A DNA stretch of 64,000 nt from an uncultured Acidimicrobiales bacterium (GTDB taxonomy: Bacteria; Actinomycetota; Acidimicrobiia; Acidimicrobiales; UBA10347), in assembly GCA_943788915.1 (NCBI GenBank), contig CALSSD010000010.1:310001-374000 (forward strand), given 5' to 3'. The notes under the pieces are model-generated. The model was not told the DNA's origin. It did not search any database and saw only the letters and a list, made by a program, of their open reading frames with translations. The stretch's first letter is position 1; each line of letters begins with the position of its first letter. The translations under genes and the position numbers were made by a program. Shown here piece by piece: positions 1 to 10,465 of this stretch.

Positions 1-773
1 TGGCCGGCGTCATACCGTTTGCCTGAGTTCAAACACGCGGTTACGCCGCCCTTGTCGATCATCGCTGCGATCGCATCGGTGATCTGTATCTCGCCGCCAA
101 CCCCAGGTGGGGTCGCATCGATCTCGTCGAAAACCGACGGAGGGAAGACATACCTTCCGGGGGCAAGGCCATAGTTCGATGCGGCCTCTTCGATCGGTGG
201 TTTTTCGACAATATCTCGGACCTCGATGCGATCGCCGTCGATGCTGATCGGTTCGATTACGCCGTAGGAGGTGACTTCTTCAAGCGGATAATGGCCAGCA
301 GCGATGACTGCGGATTGGGTCTCGGCGTGCACCTCGATCATCCGGCTTAGGAGTGCACCGTCGTCGACCAGGATGTCATCGGGCAACAGCACAGCAAAAG
401 GTTCGTCGCCAACAAAACTGCGGGCCATGCCAATTGCATGGCCTAACCCAAGTGGGCGACCTTGGCGGGTGAAGTGCAGCTTGATCATCGACGAAATGTT
501 CTGCACCAGCGCAAGCATGTCGCGCTTGCCTCGGGCCTCGAGCAACCCCTCGAGCTCATAGTTCGTATCGAAATGATCCTCGAGTGCCTTCTTTGACGGC
601 GCGGTGATGACCAGGATGTCTTCTATCCCGGCGCCGATCGCTTCCTCGATCACATACTGAATTGCCGGCTTATCGACAATGGGAAGCATTTCCTTGGGCA
701 CTGCCTTAGTGGCAGGAAGGAACCTGGTTCCGAGCCCAGCTGCTGGAATGACTGCCTTGCGTACTTTTGGCAT
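1..773 (-). CDS. galU: UTP--glucose-1-phosphate uridylyltransferase (C-terminus runs off window)
   Basis: Manual translation from ATG at 773: MPKVRKAVIPAAGLGTRFLPATKAVPKEMLPIVDKP, the GalU signature. Confidence 0.95.
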   Translation of the reverse strand, partial: MPKVRKAVIPAAGLGTRFLPATKAVPKEMLPIVDKPAIQYVIEEAIGAGIEDILVITAPSKKALEDHFDTNYELEGLLEARGKRDMLALVQNISSMIKLHFTRQGRPLGLGHAIGMARSFVGDEPFAVLLPDDILVDDGALLSRMIEVHAETQSAVIAAGHYPLEEVTSYGVIEPISIDGDRIEVRDIVEKPPIEEAASNYGLAPGRYVFPPSVFDEIDATPPGVGGEIQITDAIAAMIDKGGVTACLNSGKRYDAG

Positions 774-829
774 GTGTTCAGGTTAGTGGTGGGCTCGTGG
801 GTCACCGGGTGTTGGGGCGGTCGAACCTG

Positions 830-1399
830 TCAGTCCGCGCGAGCAGCGAAGAAGGCTCGAATGTTTGTGTGGTGTCGTGCGACGATCAGCACGGTGATGC
901 CCCAGGCGATCAGGACCTCGGCGATCGGACGGCCCATCACCATGGTGCCGATCGCGACTGTTGGAGTGCCTGTCATCGCGCCGATGAACGAGTGACCCGA
1001 CAGCTTGGCGCTTCCGATCCACACGACGAGTGCGATGGGGGCCAGGATCGGCCAGGCACCGATGGTCATGCCGCCGAAACAAGCGACCCCCTTGCCGCCT
1101 CGGCTGGAACGGACGGGCGGGAAAATGTGTCCGATAACTGCCGCTGCGCCACATGCCGCAGCCAGCGTGGTGCCGCCGAGCCACTGTCCGAGCCAGGCAG
1201 CAATGAGGGCCTTGGCTACGTCGATGACCAGGGTCGCACCTCCGGCCTTTAGTCCGGCGATGCGAAACATGTTGGTTGCGCCGGGATTTCCCGACCCTTC
1301 GCGCGTCGGATTGTGGCCGACGATACGACCAATCAAGAGTGCAGACGGGAAGGTGCCCAAGAAAAATGCACCGACCACGAGGAGCCAATCGAAATCCAC
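830..1399 (-). CDS. plsY: Glycerol-3-phosphate acyltransferase PlsY
   Basis: GSGNPGATN, DVAKA, GHIFP..GGKGVA and RHHTNI motifs; hydrophobic; GTG start at 1399 chosen. Confidence 0.93.
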   Translation of the reverse strand: MDFDWLLVVGAFFLGTFPSALLIGRIVGHNPTREGSGNPGATNMFRIAGLKAGGATLVIDVAKALIAAWLGQWLGGTTLAAACGAAAVIGHIFPPVRSSRGGKGVACFGGMTIGAWPILAPIALVVWIGSAKLSGHSFIGAMTGTPTVAIGTMVMGRPIAEVLIAWGITVLIVARHHTNIRAFFAARAD

Positions 1400-1423
1400 T
1401 TCCGCTAGTCTCTCATCTGCGCT

Positions 1424-1804
1424 ATGCCGACATACGACTATCACTGTGAGACTTGTGGACTCGACTTCGAGCTCCAACAAGCATTCTCTGAAGACACCCT
1501 CGCAAAATGCCCGACCAAGAAGTCTGGCCGCAGCCCTGAAGGCTGCGCCAAAAGTGGTCGCGGCAAGGTAACAAAGGTGTTCAGCGCGCCTGGTATTACC
1601 TTTAAGGGAACCGGTTTCTACAAGAACGACAGCCGGGGTTCGTCCTCGTCGACTACACCGTCTTCGTCGGGGTCTGATTCGTCGAGTTCGACGGAAAAGT
1701 CAGACTCGTCGAGTTCGACAACGAAGTCGGATTCGTCCGGTTCCACGTCGAAGTCGGATTCCTCGAGCTCAAGTTCGACATCGTCTTCGTCGTCCTCGGA
1801 CTAG
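1424..1804 (+). CDS. FmdB-family zinc-ribbon protein with Ser-rich tail
   Basis: MPTYDYHCETCG...C...FKGTGFYKND motif; low-complexity Ser tail. Confidence 0.9.
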   Translation: MPTYDYHCETCGLDFELQQAFSEDTLAKCPTKKSGRSPEGCAKSGRGKVTKVFSAPGITFKGTGFYKNDSRGSSSSTTPSSSGSDSSSSTEKSDSSSSTTKSDSSGSTSKSDSSSSSSTSSSSSSD

Positions 1805-1869
1805 CGAGAACCGCTCTTTCCGCACATTCTGCTTCCCCAACATTCTGCTAGTCAGTAAGGGAGGCGGAC

Positions 1870-2493
1870 ATGCGTGTTCGTCAACGGACTCGTTCGCTTC
1901 GTGTGGTTTGGGCCCCGTCGCTCGTTCGGCGGCTTATTCGGCACCGCCTTGTCCAGGCTGGTGTCGTGGGCGCCGTGGGTCTTGCCATGGTCACGACGGT
2001 TTCGGCCAAAGCCGCAGTGTTGGACGGGCAACGTGCCGAATGGGGTGAGCCGGCAGCGGTTGTGGTCGTGACCGAACCAGTTGCGCCGGGGGAGCCGGTG
2101 ATGGGCGCGACCGAGATCCGTCGTCTTCCCCTTGCCCTGACGCCACCAGATGCAGCGTCGTATGTCTCACCAGACAGCCTGGCCAAAGTGGCGCTGTACC
2201 CCGGCGAGGTCGTGTTGAGTACTCGGCTAACGCTGCCAGGCCGCAGTAGCGGTGGGTCATCGACAGCGGCGCTCACGTTGCCGGTGGCCGTCCAGTCGCC
2301 GCTGCTGGTCGAGGGCGACTTGGTGGACCTCTGGATCGTGGACGGTGCTGATCTATCGAGTCGCCGAGTCGCTGAACACGTTTCTGTACTCGCGTTCTCT
2401 GAACGAGATATCACGGTGGCGGTGCCAAACGGCCAGATTGAACGAGCAACCGCAGCATCGCTGCGTCCGGTGATCGTCACTCGTATTGGCTGA
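1870..2493 (+). CDS. SAF-domain / CpaB-like protein
   Basis: N-terminal TM, SAF-like LYPGEVVLSTRL, GDLVDL motif; preceded by GGAGG RBS. Confidence 0.65.
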   Translation: MRVRQRTRSLRVVWAPSLVRRLIRHRLVQAGVVGAVGLAMVTTVSAKAAVLDGQRAEWGEPAAVVVVTEPVAPGEPVMGATEIRRLPLALTPPDAASYVSPDSLAKVALYPGEVVLSTRLTLPGRSSGGSSTAALTLPVAVQSPLLVEGDLVDLWIVDGADLSSRRVAEHVSVLAFSERDITVAVPNGQIERATAASLRPVIVTRIG

Positions 2494-2513
2494 CAACCGA
2501 ACAGATACGTGTT

Positions 2514-3347
2514 TTAGCGGGCGAAGAGAACAGCGAAGATGCCGATGGCGGCGACCACGCGGTACAAAGCGAAGCCATCGAAGGTGACCTTGGCCAGCAG
2601 CTTGATCAAACCCCAGACCGCAAGGAAGCCTGTGATGGCCGAAGCAATCATGCCCGCAGCGAATGCGCCCTTCATGTCTGAGGGGACGCCGTCGAGGCCA
2701 CCGATGTCGAGATATTTGAAGACACCAGCACCAGCGATGATTGGCAGGCTCATGAGAAACGACAATCGGGCGGCGTGTACTCGGTCGAACTTGAGTACTC
2801 GGGCCACAGTGATGGTGATACCAGAACGCGATACTCCAGGCTGAAGCGCGAGCGCCTGGCCAATACCGATCGCAAGAGCATCCTTGAGTCGGAAGGAATC
2901 TACGTCGCGTTCGCCGGGCAGACGGTCAGCTACTGCCAGAACGATGCCGAATACGGCCAGGGCGGCAGCGGTGAGCCAGATCTTGTCATCGCTCGCAAGA
3001 ACCTCTTCGAGCAGCACACCAGTGATGCCAGCGGGAATGGTGGCCACGATCAGCAGCCACCCCACTCGGGCATCGGTCGACAGGCCGTCGACACGATTAG
3101 CTGCGTGTAATGACCCGACACCAGCCTTGAGATAACGCCAGATATCGCCCCAGAAGTACGCCACAGCGCCAACCAGGGTGCCCAGGTGGAGGGCAACGTC
3201 AAACGCGTTTGCGAGCTCGTCGTTGCCTTCGAAGTCGTTCCAGTCGAACAACCACGGCACCAGTTGGAGGTGGCCGCTCGACGACACCGGCAGGAACTCG
3301 GTCAGTCCCTGGACAATACCGAGGACGATCGCCCGGAAAATCGACAT
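2514..3347 (-). CDS. uppP: Undecaprenyl-diphosphate phosphatase
   Basis: GIVQGLTEFLPVSSSGH and PGVSRSG motifs. Confidence 0.96.
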   Translation of the reverse strand: MSIFRAIVLGIVQGLTEFLPVSSSGHLQLVPWLFDWNDFEGNDELANAFDVALHLGTLVGAVAYFWGDIWRYLKAGVGSLHAANRVDGLSTDARVGWLLIVATIPAGITGVLLEEVLASDDKIWLTAAALAVFGIVLAVADRLPGERDVDSFRLKDALAIGIGQALALQPGVSRSGITITVARVLKFDRVHAARLSFLMSLPIIAGAGVFKYLDIGGLDGVPSDMKGAFAAGMIASAITGFLAVWGLIKLLAKVTFDGFALYRVVAAIGIFAVLFAR

Positions 3348-3365
3348 GAGGGAAGTGTGGTTGAC

Positions 3366-4709
3366 TCAGGCGCCGCTGAGAGTGATATCGCCAACAGCAA
3401 GCGAGAGGCCAGCCGCGCTGCTCGGCAACCATTCGATATCGCCGCCAACCTCGATCACGTCGAGCAACATGCGCTGCAAGGTGGAACCAATGGTGAACTC
3501 GCGGAGTGGTTCGGCCAACTCGCCGTTGCGGATACGCAGGCCATCAGCGCCCGTGGAGAAATCGCCGCTGATCGGGTTCACTCCAGAGTGCAGTCCAGAA
3601 ACGCCTTGGATGAGCACGCCGTTGTCGATGCCAGCGATGATGTCGGCCTGGGCCCGTTCGCCCGGCACCAGGGAGAGGGCAATGGTGCCAACACCCGGTG
3701 TCGAGGAGTAACCCCGTACTGCGTTACCGGTGGACGCGGCGTCGAGTCGGCGGCCGGTGTAGCTGTTGTGCACGAACATGTTCAGCCGGCCCTGGTCGAT
3801 CAGCACGTTTCGACGGGTGGCCAAACCCTCGCCGTCGGCTTCCGATGCGGTGAAGGCTTTGGGGTTCGTCGGGTCATCGACCAGCGTGATGGTGGCCGCT
3901 GCCACCGTGTCGCCCAAGCGGTCGGCGAACAATGACCGGCCCTTCAGCAACGCTTCGCCCGACAGGGTTGAACCGATGATGCCAAGGAACTGAGCGGTAA
4001 CCATTGGGTCGAGGACCACGGTGAGTCGTTCGGTTGGTGGTTTGATGGCGCCCAGGAGGCGAGTTGAGCGCTCGACGGCCATCTGTGATGCGTAGTCAAG
4101 ATCGAGCTGGCGCGGGTCTCGGTGAACCGAATAACCAAACCCGACTTGGGTTTCGTCTTCGCCGCCAGCGATCACGGTGGCGGTCACATACGAACCGCTG
4201 TCGCGGTCACCCATGCGGATGCCCTTGGTGGAGACAACCGCCGCATGGCCAACACTGTCGGCAAAGTCGACGGACTCCACCAGCATGACCCGAGGGTCGC
4301 GCCCGTTGGTCATCGCCTCGAGTTCGAGGGCGAGAGCGATCTTGGCATCGGTCTCAAAGGTATTGACCGATTCGTCGTAAAGGTCGAGCTCGGCCATCGG
4401 CACGCCATCGGGCTCGGCGAGGTCCAAGTCGGGGTCAACCGAGCCAAAGGTTGCGTTATCTCGTGCTTCGCTGAGTGTGGAATCGATGACGTCGGGGTCG
4501 AGGGAGCCGGCCCAGGCGAAACCCTGACGCTGGTTGTTGATGACTCGTATACCAATGCCTTGTGACGTCGCTGAGGTGAACGACTCGACGTCGCCGTCGA
4601 AGACGCGGACCTCCGTGTCGGTCTCGTTGACCACGATGGCTTCGATTTGTTCGCCGGGTTTGGCGCGGGCGACGACGCGGTCGCCAAGAGCAAGAAGTTC
4701 GTCAAGCAT
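3366..4709 (-). CDS. pmbA: TldD/PmbA-family protein (PmbA/TldE-like subunit)
   Basis: Own ATG (MLDELLALG) at 4709; DGEG..T..NVLI and SGDFSTGA motifs; lacks the HExxxH metal motif. Confidence 0.88.
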   Translation of the reverse strand: MLDELLALGDRVVARAKPGEQIEAIVVNETDTEVRVFDGDVESFTSATSQGIGIRVINNQRQGFAWAGSLDPDVIDSTLSEARDNATFGSVDPDLDLAEPDGVPMAELDLYDESVNTFETDAKIALALELEAMTNGRDPRVMLVESVDFADSVGHAAVVSTKGIRMGDRDSGSYVTATVIAGGEDETQVGFGYSVHRDPRQLDLDYASQMAVERSTRLLGAIKPPTERLTVVLDPMVTAQFLGIIGSTLSGEALLKGRSLFADRLGDTVAAATITLVDDPTNPKAFTASEADGEGLATRRNVLIDQGRLNMFVHNSYTGRRLDAASTGNAVRGYSSTPGVGTIALSLVPGERAQADIIAGIDNGVLIQGVSGLHSGVNPISGDFSTGADGLRIRNGELAEPLREFTIGSTLQRMLLDVIEVGGDIEWLPSSAAGLSLAVGDITLSGA

Positions 4710-4717
4710 GGGTGGTC

Positions 4718-6110
4718 CTACGCTGCCGTGCCGCCGACGGTCAACGCAGGGACCCTCAGCGTTGGGGTGCCGTCGCCAACCGCTACGCCTTGGCCGTCTT
4801 TGCCGCAGGTGCCAGGACTTCCCATTTCGAAGTCGTTGCCGAGGGCGTCGATGCTGGTCAGGACCTCGGGGCCGTTGCCGATCAGGTTGCCTTCGCGGAT
4901 CGGCTCGGTGATCTTGCCATCTCTCAATGAGATAGGCCTCGGTCATACCAAAGACGAAGTCGCCATTGACCGTATTGACCTGGCCGCCGCCAAGCTGGGC
5001 CACGAAGATGCCTGAGTCGGTATCGGCGATGATGTCTCCTGGGTCGGTTTCGCCGTTGGCGATGTAGGTGTTGGTCATGCGGACCATAGGCAGGTGCTTG
5101 TAGCTCTGGCGGCGGCCGTTGCCGCTGCTGGCTCGGCCTTCGGCCCGGGCCCGGAGTTCGTCCCACATGAAGTCGATGAGCACACCGTCTTCGATCAGCA
5201 CATTGCGCTGGGCCGGACGACCCTCGTCGTCGATAGCGAAGGCGCCCCATTCGTGGGCCATGGTGCCGTCGTCGATCAGGGTGACCAGCGGGCTGGCAAC
5301 AAGTTCACCAACACGGCCAGCAAAAACTGTTGACTGTTTTGCGACGTGGTCGGCCTCGAGGCCGTGGCCGCAGGCTTCGTGGAACAACACCCCACCGCCG
5401 CCTTTGCCGATCACCGTGGTGACCGTGCCCGACGGAGCTGGGCGGGCCAGAAGTTTGGTGAGCGCACGCTCGGCTGCCTTGCGAGCAATGTCGGTCACGT
5501 CGTACTGGTCGAAGAGTTCGAAGCCCATGGTGTGGCCGACCGATTCACGCCCGGTCTGCATGCCCGCATCGCCGTTGGCGACACAGGAGACCGAGAACCG
5601 GGTCTTGACCTGGTCGTCGCCAGTAAGCAGGCCGTCGCTGTTGGCGATCTGAATACGACGCCGGACGTCTCCGTAACCGACAGACACCTGTGAAATCGCA
5701 TCACCCACGCCGCGAGCCGCGTCGTTTGCCAGGTTGAGAAGTTCGACTTTGCGCTGTTTGGCTACCGAGGCGGGATAGATCGCAATCGGGCTTGGAGACG
5801 ACACGGTCTGCATCGACAGGTCAACAGTGGTGACACCGCCGTTGCCATCTCGGGCCGCGTCGGCTGCAGCCTTGGCTGCGATCAACAGACCTGATTCACT
5901 CAGATCAGCAGTGTGCGCAAATCCGGTTGAGTCGCCGACGAGCACCCGGATGCCAGCGCCACGGCTACGGCCGGACGTCAACTCCTCGATGCGGTCATCG
6001 TCAAGGAGGGCGCCAGATGACTGCCGATCCTCGACGAATATTTCAGCAAACTCGCCACCACGCCCGGTGGCGGTAGTGAGAGTCTTTTCCAGCAATGCCT
6101 GATCGATCAC
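4718..6110 (-). CDS. tldD: TldD-family metalloprotease (1-nt frameshift near 4921-4925)
   Basis: HEACGHGLEAD and RMTNT motifs; canonical C-terminus CGKDGQGVAVGDGTPTLRV lies in another frame (ORF 4718-4927); span is 3n+1. Confidence 0.9.
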
Positions 6111-6199
6111 GATCCTCCTCGGCTGTTGCGAGCAACAGCGAACGCAGCGGTGCCGCCACGGTGGTCGTTCAGTGGCGAGGTATGCCGTATCGTACCCAG

Positions 6200-6592
6200 G
6201 TGCACATCGAACCGGGGGCACAGACCCGCGACCAAAAGATTGTGGCCGATTCTGACACTGCCATCAGTGTGGGAACGGGCGACGTTCCGGTTTTGGCAAC
6301 CTCGCAACTTTTCGCGTGGTGTGACCAGGCGAGTTTTGAATTGTTAGCACCGGGTGTTCCTCAAGGCTCCACATCGGTTGCTATGCGGGTGCAGCTCGAC
6401 CACATCCGGGCCGCATCGGCCGGCTGTGTGATCACCATCATTGCCACTCTTGAGCGGGTCGAAGGCCGCCGTTATGTTTGTGTCGTGTCTGCCCTTGATG
6501 ACCAGAATCACGAACTTGCTAACGGCCGAGTCGTTCGTGTTCTTGTCGAGGTCCAGCCGTTCCTGGCCAAGGCCAGCGGGTCTTCGGAGTAG
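6200..6592 (+). CDS. Hot-dog-fold thioesterase (fluoroacetyl-CoA thioesterase-like)
   Basis: GTGDVPVLAT, TSVA...LDH motifs; start uncertain (6182 or 6200). Confidence 0.8.
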   Translation: MHIEPGAQTRDQKIVADSDTAISVGTGDVPVLATSQLFAWCDQASFELLAPGVPQGSTSVAMRVQLDHIRAASAGCVITIIATLERVEGRRYVCVVSALDDQNHELANGRVVRVLVEVQPFLAKASGSSE

Positions 6593-6607
6593 AGGCTGAC
6601 TCCGGTC

Positions 6608-7588
6608 ATGACGAAGAAGTCCGCCCTCATACTGCTGTTACGCCTCGGCGTAAGCGCTGGTCTACTGGTGTTCCTGTTTATATGGGTTGATGTCGATTTC
6701 GGCATTTTGTGGCCCGACGACGGTCAGGCCGTGGCCTGGCTCGTCGCTGCGCTTGCTTGTGTGATTGGTTCGGTGGTACTCGCCGCTCTGCGGTGGAAGC
6801 AAGTCTGCGAGGCACTCAACCTTGACGTGCCAACCTGGCGTCTCGTCTGGCACAACTTCGCAGGTCAGTTCGTATCGAGCTTCCTCCCGACCACTGTCGG
6901 CGGTGATGTCATTCGGGTGTCACGCCTCGGCAAGGACACTGGTGATCGTCCGACGAGTTTCACCACCGTGATCCTTGAACGGCTTAGCGGCTGGATGGTC
7001 CTGCCGGCCTCGATCTTTCTTGGTTTGGCACTCGACGCCAATCTCCGCTCGCTCGGCGCAGCGACCAGCGGCGCCGTTTCTGCTGCAGTTGTGACATTGT
7101 TTGTGCTTCTTGTCATCATCATCGCCGCTGGCAACGATTACAGCGGTCGGCTTCTCGCCCGTTACGAGAATTCGCTTGCGTGGCTGCATGCCGTCCACTC
7201 GGGGATAGACGTGCTGCGCAACAAACCACGCGAGGTTGGCCGCATCCTGGCTAGTGGAGCGGCCTATCAGGGCATGTTGGTGCTCGCCTTCTGGTGTGCA
7301 TCCCATTCGATTGGGATCGAAGGGTTCGGCTTTCGCGCTGCCTTAGCGTTCGTGCCTGCGGTGCTCATCGTGCAGGTTTTGCCACTGGGTATTGGTGGGT
7401 TGGGTGTTCGCGAAGGGGCGTTGGCCCTGTTCCTGGGCGAACTTGGTGTTCCCCGTGAAGAGGCGGTTGCGTTGGGACTGACGATCTACGCGCTCACGAT
7501 TATCACGTCGCTGTTTGGGCTCCCATCGCTGGTTTTCAATAAGACGTCAGACCAGGCCCCCGATGAGGCGGCAGCGGAGCTCACTTGA
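6608..7588 (+). CDS. Lysylphosphatidylglycerol-synthase TM / flippase-like membrane protein (UPF0104-like)
   Basis: RW..., LPTTVGGDVIR, ER and P..IGGLGVRE motifs; multi-TM. Confidence 0.85.
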   Translation: MTKKSALILLLRLGVSAGLLVFLFIWVDVDFGILWPDDGQAVAWLVAALACVIGSVVLAALRWKQVCEALNLDVPTWRLVWHNFAGQFVSSFLPTTVGGDVIRVSRLGKDTGDRPTSFTTVILERLSGWMVLPASIFLGLALDANLRSLGAATSGAVSAAVVTLFVLLVIIIAAGNDYSGRLLARYENSLAWLHAVHSGIDVLRNKPREVGRILASGAAYQGMLVLAFWCASHSIGIEGFGFRAALAFVPAVLIVQVLPLGIGGLGVREGALALFLGELGVPREEAVALGLTIYALTIITSLFGLPSLVFNKTSDQAPDEAAAELT

Positions 7589-8433
7589 GCCTCTCTAGCC
7601 ATGTCTCGGCTCGCAATGAAGCTGGCTTGCGGTTCTGGGTCGAAGTCGGCTTGGTCAGTGGTGTTTATGTCGCATACTCGATGGTCCGCAACCTATTCGG
7701 TTCAGCAGCGGTCAGCCCCGGGGTCGCTGCACAAAACGCTGACTACATCATCGATATTGAAAAGGCCATGGGTCTGTACATCGAGGCAGATGTGCAAGCC
7801 ATTTTCATCGACGCCACCGTGTTCATCCAGTTCTGGAACCTGTTCTATGGCGCCTTCCATTTTCTCGTCACGTTCGTTGTGCTGATTTGGCTCTATCGGC
7901 GTTTCCCAGACGAGTACCGCTTCTGGCGTCGGGCGGGCATGATAGCGACTGCCTCGGCTGTGGTCGGCTTTGCAGCCTTTCCACTTATGCCGCCCCGTTT
8001 GCTCGGCAACTGCGGCACGTATGGGGCATGTCGCCCCAATGAACAGTTTGTTGACACCGTCATCGAGGTCGGCGGTATCTGGTCGTTTGAGACATCTGGG
8101 TTAGAAACGATCTCGAATCAGTATGCGGCCATGCCGAGTCTGCATATTGGGTGGGCGTTGTGGTGTGCGCTCATCCTGGTGCCACGGCTGCGTTCGACCC
8201 CGGCCAAGATCCTCGCTGCTTCCTATCCGCTACAGACCATGTTCGCGATTGTCGTGACGGCCAACCACTACTGGATCGATGGCGTGGGTGGCGTGGCCGT
8301 TGTCGGGTTCGGTTATCTGGCCAGTTTGGGGTACGAACGGGTGACGAGCGGCACAGGGCTCACGCCAGATCCCGTGTCGATCGACTCGGGCTCCGGCGAT
8401 TTCGGCAGTAGCGTGGGGCGTGGTGTTACTTAG
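7585..8433 (+). CDS. PAP2-superfamily membrane protein (inositol-phosphorylceramide-synthase-like)
   Basis: FPLMPPRL, NQYAAMPSLH and TANHYWID motifs. Confidence 0.85.
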   Translation: MSLSSHVSARNEAGLRFWVEVGLVSGVYVAYSMVRNLFGSAAVSPGVAAQNADYIIDIEKAMGLYIEADVQAIFIDATVFIQFWNLFYGAFHFLVTFVVLIWLYRRFPDEYRFWRRAGMIATASAVVGFAAFPLMPPRLLGNCGTYGACRPNEQFVDTVIEVGGIWSFETSGLETISNQYAAMPSLHIGWALWCALILVPRLRSTPAKILAASYPLQTMFAIVVTANHYWIDGVGGVAVVGFGYLASLGYERVTSGTGLTPDPVSIDSGSGDFGSSVGRGVT

Positions 8434-10297
8434 TCAGATCACCCAACCGTCCGACTTACGTCGCTTGTCGCCAGCCCAGCTTGAACAGCTGTGTCAAGAG
8501 TTGCGCGACACGATCCTCGATGCTGTCGCGGTGCAAGGCGGCCATCTTGGTTCGAATCTGGGCATCGTCGAGCTCACCGTTGCGCTTCATCGAGTCTTCG
8601 ACTCACCCCACGATGTGTTGCTCTATGACACTGGCCACCAGGCCTACGTGCACAAGATGCTCACCGGCCGGGTCAACGACTTCGAGACGCTGCGCCAGAC
8701 CGGCGGCATGTCCGGTTATCCATCGCAGGCCGAGAGTCCACACGACTGGATCGAGAACAGCCACGCATCGACTGCCATGAGTTATGCCCATGGCCTGGCA
8801 GCGGCTTTCCAACGCACACCGCAGAACACCCGCAAAATCGTTGCTGTGATCGGCGACGGTTCGATGACCGGCGGCATGGCATTCGAAGGACTGAACAACC
8901 TCGGCCATGCTGGCAGCGATGTCACGATCGTGCTGAACGACAACGGTCGTTCCTATGCGCCCACCGTGTCAAAGCTGGGCGAAAGCCTGGCCAGGCTCCG
9001 GGTGAACCCAAAGTTTGTTCGCCAACAGAACCGCCTCGAACGGCTTATCAGCGACGTGCCGGTTGTTGGGCGCGAGGTCGAAAGAGCGATGGATGCCGCC
9101 AAGGCTGCGGTGCGCGAGATGTGGGAGCCCACATCGTTTTTCGAGAACCTAGGCGTGCGGTACACCGGGCCCTTCGACGGCCACGACATTGCGGGCCTTG
9201 AAGAGGCACTCGGCAATGCTGCCAAGATCGCTGGCCCCGTCGTTGTTCACGTCGTGACCCAGAAGGGTCGGGGATATGCCCCAGCCGAGAATGACTCGGT
9301 CAAACATATGCACGACACCGGGCCGTTCAGCAACGGCGCAAAGTCAGCGGTGTCAGCAGCGGCATCTTCGACGGCCCCGCCTCGAGGCAAATACACCGAA
9401 GCGTTCGCCGAAGCCTTGGTCAAGGCTGGTGAACGGGTTCCTGAGCTCGTTGCGTTGACCGCAGCAATGCCCGACAGCACCGGTCTGCTTCCGTTCGCAG
9501 AACGGTTCCCGGATCGTGCGTTTGATGTTGGTATCGCCGAACAGCACGCAGTCACATCTGCTGCAGGTATGGCCATGGGCGGCCTCCGACCGGTCGTAGC
9601 GATTTACAGCAGCTTCCTGACCCGGGCTATCGACCAGGTCCTGCTCGATGTTGGACTGCACAAGCTGCCCGTCATCTTTTGCGTAGACCGTGCCGGAGTA
9701 ACCGGTCCGGATGGGGCGTCTGCGCACGGAGTGATCGACATGGTGCTGCTCACCAAGGTCCCGGGAATGACCATGTTGGCACCGTCGTCGTATCAAGAAG
9801 TCCAGGTCATGCTCGACGACGCGCTTGATATGGCCGATGGTCCTGTCGCTATTCGTTGGCCCCGCACCAGCGCTCGTTTCGTGAACGAACACGAAGTCGG
9901 TACTGGTCGGGAGGCACGCAAGATCATGTCCGGTTCAGGTGTGTGCATTCTCGCCGTTGGCAAGATGGTCGAGGCGGCCGAGACTGCAGCAGCTGAACTG
10001 CAGGCCGACGGCATCGCGGCCACGCTCTACGACGTTCGTTGTATCAAGCCGCTCGATGTCGCCATGCTGGCCGACGCCGCATCACATGACCTGGTCGTGA
10101 CCATCGAAGATGGACTCGCTGCGGGCGGCGTCGGTTCGATGATCGCTGCGCGACTGGCCGACTTCGACACGCCCCCGCTCGTGCGAGTCATGGGCCTACC
10201 CGACACCTATCTGCCCCACGGAGATCCCGACGAACTTCTTGGCCTGGTCGGCCTCGATGTTGCAGGGATCGTCGCCCAGGTCCAGCAGTACCGCTAG
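8420..10297 (+). CDS. dxs: 1-deoxy-D-xylulose-5-phosphate synthase
   Basis: GGHLGSNLG, DTGHQAYVHK, GDGS...EGLNN, DVGIAEQHA. Confidence 0.97.
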   Translation: MVLLSQITQPSDLRRLSPAQLEQLCQELRDTILDAVAVQGGHLGSNLGIVELTVALHRVFDSPHDVLLYDTGHQAYVHKMLTGRVNDFETLRQTGGMSGYPSQAESPHDWIENSHASTAMSYAHGLAAAFQRTPQNTRKIVAVIGDGSMTGGMAFEGLNNLGHAGSDVTIVLNDNGRSYAPTVSKLGESLARLRVNPKFVRQQNRLERLISDVPVVGREVERAMDAAKAAVREMWEPTSFFENLGVRYTGPFDGHDIAGLEEALGNAAKIAGPVVVHVVTQKGRGYAPAENDSVKHMHDTGPFSNGAKSAVSAAASSTAPPRGKYTEAFAEALVKAGERVPELVALTAAMPDSTGLLPFAERFPDRAFDVGIAEQHAVTSAAGMAMGGLRPVVAIYSSFLTRAIDQVLLDVGLHKLPVIFCVDRAGVTGPDGASAHGVIDMVLLTKVPGMTMLAPSSYQEVQVMLDDALDMADGPVAIRWPRTSARFVNEHEVGTGREARKIMSGSGVCILAVGKMVEAAETAAAELQADGIAATLYDVRCIKPLDVAMLADAASHDLVVTIEDGLAAGGVGSMIAARLADFDTPPLVRVMGLPDTYLPHGDPDELLGLVGLDVAGIVAQVQQYR

Positions 10298-10365
10298 CAC
10301 CAGGTTCACTGTTCAGCAGCGACATCACAGCTCTGCGGACCGCGTGTCTAAACTGCCAACAACTC

Positions 10366-10439
10366 GGGGATGTAGCTCAGTTGGCTAGAGCACTTCGTTC
10401 GCAACGAAGGGGTCGGCGGTTCGATTCCGCTCATCTCCA
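10366..10439 (+). tRNA. tRNA-Ala(CGC), CCA not encoded
   Basis: Acceptor GGGGATG/CATCTCC with G3:U70; D-arm TAGCTCAGTTGGCTAGAGC; anticodon arm CTTCG-TTCGCAA-CGAAG; T-loop GGTTCGATTCC. Confidence 0.96.
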
Positions 10440-10465
10440 CTCGGTCTCCGCTCGCGCGGCGTCCA

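Noticed and set aside
1630..1804. Repetitive TCGTCG/TCGAG-rich DNA
   Set aside because: Simply encodes the Ser-rich tail of the FmdB-family protein
3366..6221. 951-aa single TldD-PmbA fusion as listed in the ORF track
   Set aside because: Junction is out-of-frame gibberish; true TldD C-terminus is in another frame and PmbA has its own start
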